From positions 1 through 34,092 of the IMG/VR virus record IMGVR_UViG_3300020017_000145: a stretch of DNA of 34,092 bases; one strand, written 5' to 3'. The position numbers were made by a program, and so were the translations under genes. Under the pieces are notes generated by a model. The model was not told where the DNA came from. It did no database searches and was given only the letters and a program-made list of their open reading frames with translations. This document shows, one piece after another, positions 15,923-26,346 of this stretch. Each line of letters starts with the position of its first letter. The stretch's first letter is position 1. Origin of the DNA: a virus (taxonomy: Duplodnaviria; Caudoviricetes).

Positions 15923-18900
15923 TTAGTAAATTTTAATCCAGCCGATCCCGGCATAAAACTTGAACTTTCGCTGACTTCCAGCGACGGCGGTAGTTACTGC
16001 GCTCCCAATTATCGTTTCACCGTTCCCATCGAGCGTTAGCGAACTTATTGCGTTGTTGTACGTCAGGGTGCAGATTTGACCGTCTTCAGGGCTTGGGGGC
16101 ATCTCGAACGTAAACGAAGCCTGAGTGCCCCCCTGATTGATCAGGTTATCGCTGTACTGGCTTGAAAGTGTTTGCGGGCTTGATGTGCTGGTGATCTCGT
16201 TGTAGGCTTCTTGTTTGGCCGTTACAAGCCCCTCTATTTTTACAGCACCTACAACGTGCAATTTTTCAGCAGGGGTTGTCGTCCCGATTCCTATTTTAGC
16301 GTCGTAAGTTGCGCTGTTCACCCCGTTGATTGCCCCGATGGTTATAGACTCACTTTGGCCGATAGCGGCATAGTTTCCAATTGCGGAGGCATTATTAAAC
16401 ATTGTGTCAGTCGCCCCAGTGTAATTACCGATAAAAGAAAGGTTTGTACCTCGTTTAATTGTGTTTCCCGCTTGATAGCCGTACGTGCTTATCTGATCGC
16501 CGTAAACAAGTTGCTGTGCTTGTTGATACCCTAAGTGAGTACCGCCAACGCTTCGTTCCGTCATGGTATTTCCATTCCCGTAGCCAAAGGAAACAGTTTG
16601 CTCAAGGTTTACACCTGATGTTCTGTTGAACGCACGGGGGGAGACAATAACCGATCTATCTAGGTTTGTCGCATAGCGAACCGATACACTGCCACCTATA
16701 AAAAAATCACTTCCGGTTGCCGCTGAAAAATCGGCTAATTGAGTGCCTATTGCAACAACGTTGAATGCTGGACTTGCCCCGTTTAGTACAGCATCCCCAA
16801 ACAGCATCAATCGCCCGCCGCTAGTTAGTGCATTTTCTGCAAGTTGCCGCCCGATAAGAATATTAGGATAAGCCGTAAAGCCTTGCACATTTGTTCGGAT
16901 TGCCCCGCCAAACATAATCGAACCCGGTTCATTGCCTATACTATATCCAAATTCAGGGGTTGCGCCCTGTGTATTAACTCTGCCAGATGGAAAAACAATT
17001 CTATCCTTTATGTATACACTGTCTCCTGTTTGACTAATAACTAAGGAATTGCCTAGTGATAAATTAGCGGTATTGCTTCCAAAAAGAACATCTCCTGTTG
17101 TAGATTCAAATGCTCTGTTTTGTGCTGTTCTTAGGTTCGTTAACGTAGGATTGTAGTAAAACCCGCGAATTATTGCGCCGCTGGTAGTGTTTGCATTTAG
17201 GTTTATTGTTGGGTTTGCGTGGAAAAAGTTAGTTATTGAGCCCAGTTGCCCCGATATAGAATTATTTACACTTAATACGTGTAACGTACTGGAATGCGAA
17301 AGGCCGCCTTGACCATTTTGGATATTCACTAAACTATTATTAACACTGCCCACTTGAGTTGTTGCTATAACTTGGCTTGTATTTGTCGCACCCCAATTCC
17401 ACGTTGGGAAAGAGATTGCGCCTGCAAAGGTTACGCCATCGCCAAAATAAGTATTGCCCGCCCTGACGTATAGCGCCCATGAGTTAGTTGCTGTTATATT
17501 CCCACCTAAACCCGGCGAGTTTTGAATGTAAATAGAACTTAGGTTTGTAACCGTCGTTGGTGAAGACGCTATAAATGTAGGTTGTCCGAAACTGACAGAC
17601 GTTAAAAATGGAATTGTGCCGCTGCTGCTTGTGTTTGTGTACGTCGCTGGTTGAATCCTTAATGAAATGCCATTTTCCCCCCAGTTTGATCTTGACTTGT
17701 TGCCCTGCATGTCTATTTGCGCGGCAGGGCTTCCACCTAGTCCTAAATTATCGTTTGTACCATCGTAGACAATACCCGCGTCATCTGTAATTTGTCCGTT
17801 TGTATCAAAGAACGGAATCCGTGTGGCCGCCCCCCTAGCAAACGTACTTTCAAGCCCGTAAGCCAACCTCGCCCCCTGATACCAAGCAGGCCCCGCACCA
17901 GTCACCCAATACATATCCTTAGTAACCCCGGTTGGCAACCCAACCAAACTATACTCCTTCAACTGCATCGGCAACCCCATCACCACCCGGCTCCCGTTCT
18001 CCGTTATCGCAGCATCTCCAACAACCCGACTACCCGTAAATTTCACAAAATTATTTATGGTTCCAGCCCCTTGAATGTAGGGGTCAAGCATTGCGGCGGT
18101 ATCGGCAATTGGAAGATAGGCTGAAAGGTCGATGGTTGCAAATTCTACTTTTCCGTTTGTGTTGTCTACAAGCTGAAGGTATTGACCATTTGTTGCGGTG
18201 TTGTCATCAACGCCTTTAGTGACCATGTACAGATACTCAGTTGTGCCGAATCCGTAAGCACCCATCACTACGCCGTTGCCCGGATCACCCGAACCACTTT
18301 CATTTACCCCTATTTGCGCGGAATTTGAAGTCACCGTCCAACCCGCTGTATAATATGGGTTTGTGGTTTCGTTAGATACCAACAAAAAGGAATTATCTCT
18401 TTGCACTTGAAACCAAGCCGTTCCGCTTGTGGGTGATAATGGGTTGAAAACCAAATATTTTAAAAAAGGATCGCCTGAATTCCAGGTCATTGTCAAGTCA
18501 CTAAAAAGCCCCCCAATAGTATCTTTCATTGTGTTGTACCAATACCTATTACCCATCTGCACCATTTGGCGCACACTACCTGAACGCCTAGCCCAGTAAA
18601 CAGTCGTGTCCCCCGTTTCCGGTGTGAGATAGTCCAGGCCAAACTCAGCGCTTGAAAGCGTATCTTTCATTTGCCAATTGTAACCCTCTGTGGTGATGGT
18701 TGTATTCTCAATCAAAAAGCCCCCCATGCGCACGGTATCACCCTCAGTATAAAGCCCGTTTTCAGCCACTACAATAGCTCTTGGGCGACATGCCAACAAA
18801 AGGTTTTTCATGGTTTCATAATCCTCAACGGCGCTGAATTTGCGCTTTGCAGGGGTGCCAAAACGGCCATAAATCCAGGTTCCCCCGGTGGTGGTGTTTT

Positions 18901-19258
18901 CTTCGATGTTGGCTATCCAGTTTCGATTTATGCCGTAATCCGTGGAGCCAACCGTGAAAGGGATAATGATAAACTTTGAACGCTCAAGCACATCATCAAA
19001 ATCATCCTGAATGCGAATCTGTGTCTCCCATTGGATGCCGCCAAAGTTTGGGGCGTACTCAACAAAAAGTTTGGTGCCTGTTCCGTCCCGGGTAATGTAC
19101 TGGACAAAGACCCAATCAACCGTTGTGACATTGCCATTCAAAAGAGTGACTTCTAAACAGCATTGAGATAAAACAGAATCGGGCAAAGCTGTTACACTTT
19201 GCCCTTTTCCGTTCAACCCTATCATTACCAAAATGAGCAAAACAAAGATAGAGCGCAT
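15923..19258 (-). CDS. Tail fibre/adhesin-like protein with N-terminal signal peptide (1111 aa)
   Basis: Gly/Thr/Asn/Ser-rich; GYQAG-type and AIGxxA repeats; KIGIGTTTPAEKLHVVG motif; MRSIFVLLILVMIGLNGKG|Q leader. Confidence 0.7.
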   Translation of the reverse strand: MRSIFVLLILVMIGLNGKGQSVTALPDSVLSQCCLEVTLLNGNVTTVDWVFVQYITRDGTGTKLFVEYAPNFGGIQWETQIRIQDDFDDVLERSKFIIIPFTVGSTDYGINRNWIANIEENTTTGGTWIYGRFGTPAKRKFSAVEDYETMKNLLLACRPRAIVVAENGLYTEGDTVRMGGFLIENTTITTEGYNWQMKDTLSSAEFGLDYLTPETGDTTVYWARRSGSVRQMVQMGNRYWYNTMKDTIGGLFSDLTMTWNSGDPFLKYLVFNPLSPTSGTAWFQVQRDNSFLLVSNETTNPYYTAGWTVTSNSAQIGVNESGSGDPGNGVVMGAYGFGTTEYLYMVTKGVDDNTATNGQYLQLVDNTNGKVEFATIDLSAYLPIADTAAMLDPYIQGAGTINNFVKFTGSRVVGDAAITENGSRVVMGLPMQLKEYSLVGLPTGVTKDMYWVTGAGPAWYQGARLAYGLESTFARGAATRIPFFDTNGQITDDAGIVYDGTNDNLGLGGSPAAQIDMQGNKSRSNWGENGISLRIQPATYTNTSSSGTIPFLTSVSFGQPTFIASSPTTVTNLSSIYIQNSPGLGGNITATNSWALYVRAGNTYFGDGVTFAGAISFPTWNWGATNTSQVIATTQVGSVNNSLVNIQNGQGGLSHSSTLHVLSVNNSISGQLGSITNFFHANPTINLNANTTSGAIIRGFYYNPTLTNLRTAQNRAFESTTGDVLFGSNTANLSLGNSLVISQTGDSVYIKDRIVFPSGRVNTQGATPEFGYSIGNEPGSIMFGGAIRTNVQGFTAYPNILIGRQLAENALTSGGRLMLFGDAVLNGASPAFNVVAIGTQLADFSAATGSDFFIGGSVSVRYATNLDRSVIVSPRAFNRTSGVNLEQTVSFGYGNGNTMTERSVGGTHLGYQQAQQLVYGDQISTYGYQAGNTIKRGTNLSFIGNYTGATDTMFNNASAIGNYAAIGQSESITIGAINGVNSATYDAKIGIGTTTPAEKLHVVGAVKIEGLVTAKQEAYNEITSTSSPQTLSSQYSDNLINQGGTQASFTFEMPPSPEDGQICTLTYNNAISSLTLDGNGETIIGSAVTTAVAGSQRKFKFYAGIGWIKIY

Positions 19259-19270
19259 TGGATGGAATAT

Positions 19271-19837
19271 TTAAGAAGGAAAATCAGAACGTGGTACGTC
19301 TGCAAACAAGGGTGCAAAAAGCTGGTTCCCCTGCCATGCCAGATCATCGGTTGATGTGCTGGTTCCAAGGTCGCCGCCCTGGTCATTGTGCTGACTGATT
19401 CGGAAATTGTCAACGGGGCGTGAAAACTCTTCGCCATTCCAGTCTACGCCAATCACCCGCTTTTTACCGTTGTTGCCAAACAGTACTACAACCAAGTCAC
19501 AGCACTGAATTGCGTACTGCAAATTGTTGCGGCGGTCACGGTCTTTGCTGTCGAAAATACAAGCGGCGTTGCACTCATAGAAGCCCGTGGCCGACGTATA
19601 ATTGAAATTGTAGGTTGCTCCACGTTTGCGGGGTTCGATCTTCTTCCAGGTAGCCCCACCGACCATTGTAAAGCCTAAAATTTCTTGATTGGTTTGATCG
19701 AAAAGCAGGGCATCGCTTGCCATGTCCGCCCAATCAATCTCAGAGTATTTCGCGTAAAACCCAATGTACCACCCGCCCCGGTCGGCGCAAGTTTCGGAAC
19801 TGATAAGGTTCTTGGGTTCGCAGATTATTTCAGCCAT
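19271..19837 (-). CDS. Probable major tail tube protein
   Basis: 188 aa, beta-rich, following the capsid gene; DLVVVLFGNNGKKRVIG segment. Assignment is inferred. Confidence 0.5.
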   Translation of the reverse strand: MAEIICEPKNLISSETCADRGGWYIGFYAKYSEIDWADMASDALLFDQTNQEILGFTMVGGATWKKIEPRKRGATYNFNYTSATGFYECNAACIFDSKDRDRRNNLQYAIQCCDLVVVLFGNNGKKRVIGVDWNGEEFSRPVDNFRISQHNDQGGDLGTSTSTDDLAWQGNQLFAPLFADVPRSDFPS

Positions 19838-19857
19838 TGTTTTAGCTTTTAATTGTG

Positions 19858-19883
19858 AAAGGGAGAGCCGTTAAGCCCTCCCC
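19858..19883 (-). terminator. Hairpin after the capsid gene (weak terminator or mRNA-stabilising stem)
   Basis: Minus strand gggagggc-ttaacg-gctctccc followed by TTTC. Confidence 0.55.
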
Positions 19884-19901
19884 GATATATCCCAAAAACG
19901 A

Positions 19902-21119
19902 TTATAGCGGTACGGTGTATTTATAACCCCCGGCAATGTACTTGGTGTCGCTGATCGCGGTTGCGCTCAAGGAATGCGACAAGAACAAGACTTTGCCCAA
20001 TTCGTCCAAGTCGGTTTTTTGTTGGATCGCAACGGCAACCTCGCCACTTCCCAATTCAGGAATACGTGCAAAGTTGCTACCCAACTGAATCGTACCGCAG
20101 ATGGTGAGGTAAGCAAAGTGGCTACGACCTGTCAGCAACTTGTCGTAGTTGGCAACGTCACCCACTGGGATAACTGGAACATTGTCGATGTACATTACAT
20201 CGTAGGTTTGCCCGTTGGCAGTAATTGCCCGTTGGCTGATCCGTGGCTTGATCTGAACCGCACTGGCATTAAGGGCCAACAAGTCGGCGTACAACTTCGC
20301 TTTGATGGAGTTGGACACAAGGAACATTGGCATGAACGAACGGCCTGTGTCGCCAACACCGCCGTCAATAATCGCCTCTTGCAAATCGTTGGTAGCGGCT
20401 GCGAAAATAGCGTCATACAGCGCAACCACGGAACCAGTAAAGGTTTGGCCGTTGGTAGCGATGTTCTGACCTCCACCGGATTGGATAAACAAGCTATCCA
20501 AATTCAAGTGGGCGTACTTCACTGGGTCGCCAGCCTCCAAGTCGATAAGCAAATCAATCCAACCCCGGCAAGTACCAACGGTCTTTTTGAAAGCTTCTTC
20601 AACGTTAGTAGGGGTGCCGGAAACGATGGCCACGGTTTCAGGGTCGAACAACTGGCCAGCGGTCAACATCATCCGGTTTCCTACGGTGGCGCTTTTCACG
20701 ATGGTATTGGTAAGCGCGGTCAAAGCCGCCTGACCTGCTGCGCTCAATCCAACAGTGGCCCCGGTATTCCAGGCATGGAAGGAACGGAAAACGCTGTTGT
20801 AAAACTCATCGTTGCAAAACTCCAAGTTCAATTTGGATTTGCATGGAGAGATAGTTTTGTTGGCAAATCCGTAAACACCAAGGGGAGTCCAGGCGCAAGA
20901 GTTATGCGGCTGCCAAAGGTGTGGTTCCCCCTGTGGGTACCAAATTTTGTATTCCATGTCAGAGGTGAGGCGCATGTAAGAGTACATGCCAAAAGCAGCC
21001 TGATAAAATCCAAATTTATCGTTGTATCGCTGCTCTGCCAAATAGTTCAACTCCGATGTTTGGAACATCAGCATATTGCTATCCGGCATGAAAATTGGTT
21101 CCAGAGTTATTGGCTCCAT
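19902..21119 (-). CDS. Major capsid protein (405 aa)
   Basis: Directly after the prohead protease, typical size, followed by a hairpin; no diagnostic motif recognised. Confidence 0.7.
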   Translation of the reverse strand: MEPITLEPIFMPDSNMLMFQTSELNYLAEQRYNDKFGFYQAAFGMYSYMRLTSDMEYKIWYPQGEPHLWQPHNSCAWTPLGVYGFANKTISPCKSKLNLEFCNDEFYNSVFRSFHAWNTGATVGLSAAGQAALTALTNTIVKSATVGNRMMLTAGQLFDPETVAIVSGTPTNVEEAFKKTVGTCRGWIDLLIDLEAGDPVKYAHLNLDSLFIQSGGGQNIATNGQTFTGSVVALYDAIFAAATNDLQEAIIDGGVGDTGRSFMPMFLVSNSIKAKLYADLLALNASAVQIKPRISQRAITANGQTYDVMYIDNVPVIPVGDVANYDKLLTGRSHFAYLTICGTIQLGSNFARIPELGSGEVAVAIQQKTDLDELGKVLFLSHSLSATAISDTKYIAGGYKYTVPL

Positions 21120-21150
21120 TATTTTTATTTTACAGTGTGGGCAAAATTGA

Positions 21151-22083
21151 TTACGCTTTCACAGAGGCTTTCAGAGCCTTGCCAAATGCTTTTTCGGTAT
21201 CACTCAATCCGGTTTTGGCATTGCCTTCGCCCGGTTTTGGCTCTTCCAGTTTCTTACCTGCAAGCTCAGCGGCCAAATCGTTGATCGTTTTGGCCTGGGC
21301 CTCAACGGTAGTTTTCAGGGTTTCAAGGACTGACTTTTCAGCAAAAGCCGATTCGTCAACCTTTTTCAAGCCCAATTCAGCCACAGCGGCGGCTACCATT
21401 GTTTTGAGTTCTTCTGCGTCAATTTCAGCCTTGAGGGATTTGATACCTTGCAAAGCTTCAATCGCGGCCTGTTCAGTTGCGTTTTCTGGAATGTCTACGC
21501 CAAACAGGTCTTTGATTTTTTTGAAAAGTCCATTCATTGTTTTAGTATTTGATGAAGCCTTTGGTATCAGGCTCTTTATTGAAGTGATAAGAGAATCGGA
21601 GTTAGCAGGAATTGGAGTGATTGAGATTTCGTAAAGTGCGGCAATGTCCAGAAAGAAAGTATTTGTTTGAGGTTCGTATAGGCTTTTCTCCCAGTTTGTC
21701 AAATACCCAATTGAAAACCCTTTGATATACCCTTCTTCCAGCATCCAAGAATCTGACCAAGACTTTGACACGTACCCGCGCACAAAAAGACCGTCCTGCA
21801 TTGGCTCGGCTTCCAGGATTTTACCTACTGCTTTATTTTCGTTGTGATTGTGTAGGAGGGTTCCGTACCCGTTTTTCATGTATCCGCTTACAACATCTTC
21901 ACTCCAATTGTAAGCTGCCACAACATCACCCAAAAGGTCTTTACTGGTCTTGTTTGCGTACCCTTCGACATAGATTCCATATTCAGGAACCATTGATTTA
22001 AGCCTTTCCGGTGGATCTATCGCCTTGTATTCCCATGCTGTAAATACCGTATCCTGCTTTACTTTGTCCAAAACCTCGGCCAT
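21151..22083 (-). CDS. HK97-family prohead protease with scaffold-like extension
   Basis: Same motifs as 13555-14487. Confidence 0.88.
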   Translation of the reverse strand: MAEVLDKVKQDTVFTAWEYKAIDPPERLKSMVPEYGIYVEGYANKTSKDLLGDVVAAYNWSEDVVSGYMKNGYGTLLHNHNENKAVGKILEAEPMQDGLFVRGYVSKSWSDSWMLEEGYIKGFSIGYLTNWEKSLYEPQTNTFFLDIAALYEISITPIPANSDSLITSIKSLIPKASSNTKTMNGLFKKIKDLFGVDIPENATEQAAIEALQGIKSLKAEIDAEELKTMVAAAVAELGLKKVDESAFAEKSVLETLKTTVEAQAKTINDLAAELAGKKLEEPKPGEGNAKTGLSDTEKAFGKALKASVKA

Positions 22084-22161
22084 ATGTACGATTTTCAACA
22101 AAAATCTACTTATTGCACGGGCTTTGGAATGGTGGCGGGTTGGTGGATTGACGTTTTTGAC
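22084..22161 (-). promoter_or_regulatory. Conserved non-coding block upstream of the protease
   Basis: Homolog of 13477-13554. Confidence 0.5.
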
Positions 22162-22182
22162 GGATAATTAGAATATTGCTAT

Positions 22183-22446
22183 CTACTTTTTACCTGTTAC
22201 CCTTCTCAATTTTCTTTCAGTCAATCCCCACTTTATCCGCAATTGCTCACAACTCATGCCCTTTTGGGAGTCCTCCCGTATCAATGCCGCCGTCAATTGC
22301 TCATAGGTCATGTTTAGCAACAAAGCCAAAGGGTCTTTGGGTATGTCAGTAATACTAGACGCTTTAGCCCCGGAAATGCGGTTGTAAAAAATCACAATCA
22401 CTTTTTCGATGTCGATGCGGGTAGACTCCCGTCGTGTATAGCCCAT
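22183..22446 (-). CDS. HTH DNA-binding protein, Mor-like
   Basis: Homolog of 12632-12895. Confidence 0.55.
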   Translation of the reverse strand: MGYTRRESTRIDIEKVIVIFYNRISGAKASSITDIPKDPLALLLNMTYEQLTAALIREDSQKGMSCEQLRIKWGLTERKLRRVTGKK

Positions 22447-22607
22447 TTGATCCAATTTTTAATATCCTTCAAATCTGCGCAGCATTCAGAGCCGCGCCAA
22501 AATCCAAGCTGAAACAGCGTCTTTGCATCCTCCCAGGTGATTTCCTGCTCTGCCATGTCGGCAATGACTTGCTTTTGTTCGTCAGTTAAATGTGTAGTCC
22601 TGATCAT
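22398..22607 (-). CDS. Hypothetical protein (69 aa)
   Basis: Homolog of 12471-12680. Confidence 0.7.
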   Translation of the reverse strand: MIRTTHLTDEQKQVIADMAEQEITWEDAKTLFQLGFWRGSECCADLKDIKNWIKWAIHDGSLPASTSKK

Positions 22608-24682
22608 TGTATTGTGTTTTCGCTTTCTTCAACCAAAGTTACGGGTGTGCTTACAAAACTTCCCCGGTGATCCTTTACCGCCAATGCTTTGAAAAGTTTG
22701 TACCCGTAATAATCAACGAGCACGGGTTTACGAAAATCGAGTTCCTTGTAATCCTGCTCAGTGAGCCAAAGCAGTAATTCAAAGTCAGCCTTTTTGTAAA
22801 AATCCTTTACAATTTTCAGCCGCCAAAATGAGGTGTAAAAGTCGCCATTGCTTGAGCCGTACACCGGACGGTAGAACCCGGCCACGCTCACCCGGCGCGT
22901 GGTCCACTGTGAAAGGTACCCAAACTCTGAAATTGCCGCACCTTCATAAACGAGTTGGTAAGGGTCGCCGCTGCTGTTCAACTGCTCGACTAGCCCGTGG
23001 TTGTACGCTACCCGATACCCAAGTTTTTTACTCAGTTTGCCGTCTTCGTTGTCCCATAGCGCCATAAGTGCGGGGGTTGCGTCAACGCTGGAACCGTCAG
23101 GCAGAAACCCGATTTCCTCAATTGTGGTGTCTCGCTCAATGGTAGGTTCAAAGATTGGGTTCTCAAGGGTCTTTGTTTCCTCTTTTGCGCCCCCGGTGTC
23201 AACGAGCTTTGACCAAATTTGTACGGGAAAATTCCTGCTTTCGATGAATGAATCAGAACTTTCTTTGAATTGTAGCCGTAAATACCGCTCATGCGCCTCT
23301 GATATTTCGCGTTTGACCAAAGAGCCGCCCTGTACTTTGTCAGTCAAGTCCAGAGCAGAGTTTAGAAAAAAGCCCTCCATTACGGTCGCGTCAATACTGG
23401 CTTGGTAAGGCGGGTAAAGGCTGATTGTTTTTGTGTTGAAGTCTGGTTTAATAATGCCGCTGACCATGTGCTGCATTCCTTTGAATAAATCCAGGGCATT
23501 CAAATTGGGGTCGATCAAATCGCCTAAGTTAATGGTGTCGTTTTCGATGTAGCGGGGTGGATCGGGTTCAAATCTCAGTCTTCCACCTGGTGAAATACTC
23601 CAAGGGTAGTCAATACCCCCCGGTGTTATGTTATCGGTGTATCCTGCGTACACGCTGAATGTATCACCCTGATTTACATTCTCAATCCTAAAGTCAATAT
23701 TTACCGTTACGGTTTGCGCTTCGCCTGGAATGCCTTGGATTTGCTCAAGCAAAATTATATCGCCAGATGTTACAGCACTGCTCCAAATAAGAAGCAATGA
23801 CCACGTTGCGCCCGGTAAATTTGCAGGGGTTTCAGCCAGTTCAATGACAAGGCTCATCCTCAAATTCAAGTCAATTTCATTTTGACTTGCGGTACCAGAA
23901 GGGTAGAGGTAGCCCCCTGGAAAATTCAGAATGTTGTCGTACAATCCAAAGGGATCATAAATTGTATCTGGGAAAATAAGGTTGCTCATTGTCCCGTCTA
24001 AATCCATGCTACCATTGTTACCTACCGTTACCCGCAAAGGGTCTTGTTTGCCGTCGTAACTATACCAATGCTCACCCGAAATGTACCCATAAAGGCGATT
24101 GAAGGGCCAAACATCCCAAGTACTACTTTCAAATTGCCAGCCGATAGCACAAAAACAGGCCCGCATGACCTTGGTAAGATTGAACCACATGCGCAAATCC
24201 TTGAGTGTTGCGCTTCCTTCCTGGTTCCAACCTCCGTAACTGGCAAGTGTTGGGGTTGCCATTATTGTGGTATCGCTCCAAGCCGCTGCAATTTCTGCAT
24301 CTGTGTACTCGAATTCCCCCAAATCAACGTCCCTAACTCGCAACCTTTGCAGTTTTTCAGCCCAATTTGAGCCGTAAATTTCTACTTCGTAACCTTCATC
24401 CTTGGTTTCTGTCAGTCTGATTTCGTCAAACTCCAAGATTTCACCATTGTCCCACACCCATACATCAATTGCCCCTGTATAGTCTGCAAAGAAATAGTCA
24501 TTACCCGGTGACCGTGGAAGCGTAAAAGACAAAGCAACTTCTTGGCTTACCTTGTTCTCTGTATCAAGCTCACTACGGCTCTTTGACTTGCGTATGCCGT
24601 AATCCTCCGGCAAATCAAAATAAAACTCACCATCGGTTAGTAAATGCGCAGGGATGCCAGAAATTTTCTTTGCTTTTATCAT
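22604..24682 (-). CDS. Tail tip/hub structural protein
   Basis: Homolog of 10293-12371, same length. Confidence 0.6.
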   Translation of the reverse strand: MIKAKKISGIPAHLLTDGEFYFDLPEDYGIRKSKSRSELDTENKVSQEVALSFTLPRSPGNDYFFADYTGAIDVWVWDNGEILEFDEIRLTETKDEGYEVEIYGSNWAEKLQRLRVRDVDLGEFEYTDAEIAAAWSDTTIMATPTLASYGGWNQEGSATLKDLRMWFNLTKVMRACFCAIGWQFESSTWDVWPFNRLYGYISGEHWYSYDGKQDPLRVTVGNNGSMDLDGTMSNLIFPDTIYDPFGLYDNILNFPGGYLYPSGTASQNEIDLNLRMSLVIELAETPANLPGATWSLLLIWSSAVTSGDIILLEQIQGIPGEAQTVTVNIDFRIENVNQGDTFSVYAGYTDNITPGGIDYPWSISPGGRLRFEPDPPRYIENDTINLGDLIDPNLNALDLFKGMQHMVSGIIKPDFNTKTISLYPPYQASIDATVMEGFFLNSALDLTDKVQGGSLVKREISEAHERYLRLQFKESSDSFIESRNFPVQIWSKLVDTGGAKEETKTLENPIFEPTIERDTTIEEIGFLPDGSSVDATPALMALWDNEDGKLSKKLGYRVAYNHGLVEQLNSSGDPYQLVYEGAAISEFGYLSQWTTRRVSVAGFYRPVYGSSNGDFYTSFWRLKIVKDFYKKADFELLLWLTEQDYKELDFRKPVLVDYYGYKLFKALAVKDHRGSFVSTPVTLVEESENTIQ

Positions 24683-24785
24683 TTCGTTGGTGTAGATTTG
24701 TGGCGTTGTGAATTATGAGGTTTAGTTTTTATGTTCATGAAGTAGAGTAAACATGTCACTGCGGGGGTTAATAGCCCCCTTTTTT
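24669..24785 (+). ncRNA. Antisense mini-transcription unit (promoter, 11-codon ORF 24715-24750, terminator)
   Basis: TTTG-N20-TAGATTTG, then ATG AGG TTT AGT TTT TAT GTT CAT GAA GTA GAG TAA, then gggggttaatagccccc-T6. Confidence 0.55.
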
Positions 24786-26346
24786 ATTTGTGCCAACGGG
24801 TTCCAGATGCACTTTTAAACACGCCTTCAAATCGCTTATCCCCTCCCCTGTTCATATTTACAAAGTTACCTCTAGTCATCTGCAAACGCTCCAACTTCGA
24901 TACTGTTCCCGAACTCGTTTCCACTTGCTTGATCCGGTAAATTTGTGGGCTTCGTTGTAGTTGCTCAAACATGCCCCGGTTGAGTTCGTTGATGGGTTCG
25001 GAAATGTATACCAATTCGTTTTGTGCGTCGGTGATGGTGTCTACCTTGGCAACGTCATGTATCTGATCTTCATAGTCACGGCCCCCAGGCTCAAATATTC
25101 TGGTTGATGCCGTAACGCCCTGATTGAGTGCTCTCAATTCTCCAAATCTGATGCTATCAAAGCTCCCAAGATCGCCCATGTAAATAATAACTTCTTTGCA
25201 ATCGCAATCCTGGTGTGAAAATGTTCTGACTAACTTTTCAGAATACGCGATTTTCTCGTCAGCATCTGTGTAGGCGAATACCTGAATATCTACGCTATCT
25301 GCTGTATCAAGTAGGCCCGTATACGATCCGTTGAGGGTGCCAATGGGTACAAAAAAGAAACGGTGATCGTCGGTGTCGGGCGAAGCCGCTACTGTTTCGG
25401 TAGTTTCTCCAATGTGAATTGTGAACTCAATTAGGAAAGGATCAGCCGTTCTCCATGCGCCATCATTGACCAAGTAAATACCGGCCAATTCAAAAAAGTC
25501 ATTGCACAGATACCGCCTCAAAGGGTTGCCTGTTACCCACTTTACTAGTGGATCACCTGGGCCAATGTCGCTGGGATCGCTGGTGTATGGCGCAAACCCC
25601 AATTGATCGGTGGGTTGAAAGATGGAGTTGATAAGGGTAAACAAATCGCCTTGTACAACTTCTTCCACGTCTTGTTGGCAAATGCTGTTTTGGTTGATCA
25701 GCGCCGCTTTAAACAAGATGTCCAAATAAAAATTATCCTCAGCCCAAAATAGCAGATCGGTTTTGGGTTCGTAGGTATTGAATAGGAATGCGGGATCGAA
25801 CTTGATTGAGCAAACCCCGTTTACCCCGCTTGGATCAATCGCCGCACTTTTACGGCCCACAATGCGCGTTGAATCTGCGTACAAATCCCAAATCACAAAC
25901 TTACTTTTTCTGCTTTCGGTGGTGCCGTTGGTGCTGGAAACTGACGGCGGGTTGGTGAGTGCGCCAAATACAAAGGTGAAGGGATCAAGCGCCCCCGGCT
26001 TTGACCTGGTTGCGGTCACTACGGCCCCGGCATGAGTTACAACCCAGTCCAGAAAATCGGGGTTGATCGAAAGCATCCCTGCAAAATTGGCGGCGGTGTC
26101 TTCTTTGGCAGCTTCGTGGTGGTAGGTGAGCGCCGTAAAAGGAAACGCTGAATCGGTGGTAAAGAGCGAATCCACTACAATCACCTCAATTGCATCGGCT
26201 TCGGCCCCGTCAACAAAGGTGAGCGTGAACGTTGCAAAAGCGTCCGCGCTGTTCAGGAAATCCGTAGTGCCTAACAACCATTCCAGGTACTTGCTCTTTG
26301 GCTGTGGCACTGTGTCGGCTGGTTGCTGTGTTATGGTGAAACTCAT
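24784..26346 (-). CDS. Tail structural protein (distal tail/baseplate region)
   Basis: Homolog of 8396-9958. Confidence 0.6.
   Translation of the reverse strand: MSFTITQQPADTVPQPKSKYLEWLLGTTDFLNSADAFATFTLTFVDGAEADAIEVIVVDSLFTTDSAFPFTALTYHHEAAKEDTAANFAGMLSINPDFLDWVVTHAGAVVTATRSKPGALDPFTFVFGALTNPPSVSSTNGTTESRKSKFVIWDLYADSTRIVGRKSAAIDPSGVNGVCSIKFDPAFLFNTYEPKTDLLFWAEDNFYLDILFKAALINQNSICQQDVEEVVQGDLFTLINSIFQPTDQLGFAPYTSDPSDIGPGDPLVKWVTGNPLRRYLCNDFFELAGIYLVNDGAWRTADPFLIEFTIHIGETTETVAASPDTDDHRFFFVPIGTLNGSYTGLLDTADSVDIQVFAYTDADEKIAYSEKLVRTFSHQDCDCKEVIIYMGDLGSFDSIRFGELRALNQGVTASTRIFEPGGRDYEDQIHDVAKVDTITDAQNELVYISEPINELNRGMFEQLQRSPQIYRIKQVETSSGTVSKLERLQMTRGNFVNMNRGGDKRFEGVFKSASGTRWHK

Noticed and set aside
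15923-19258. Diversity-generating retroelement or invertase-driven fibre switching
   Set aside because: No reverse transcriptase, recombinase or second copy of a fibre segment was seen.
19974-21284. 436-aa plus-strand ORF
   Set aside because: Antisense shadow of the capsid and protease genes, with no protein-like features.
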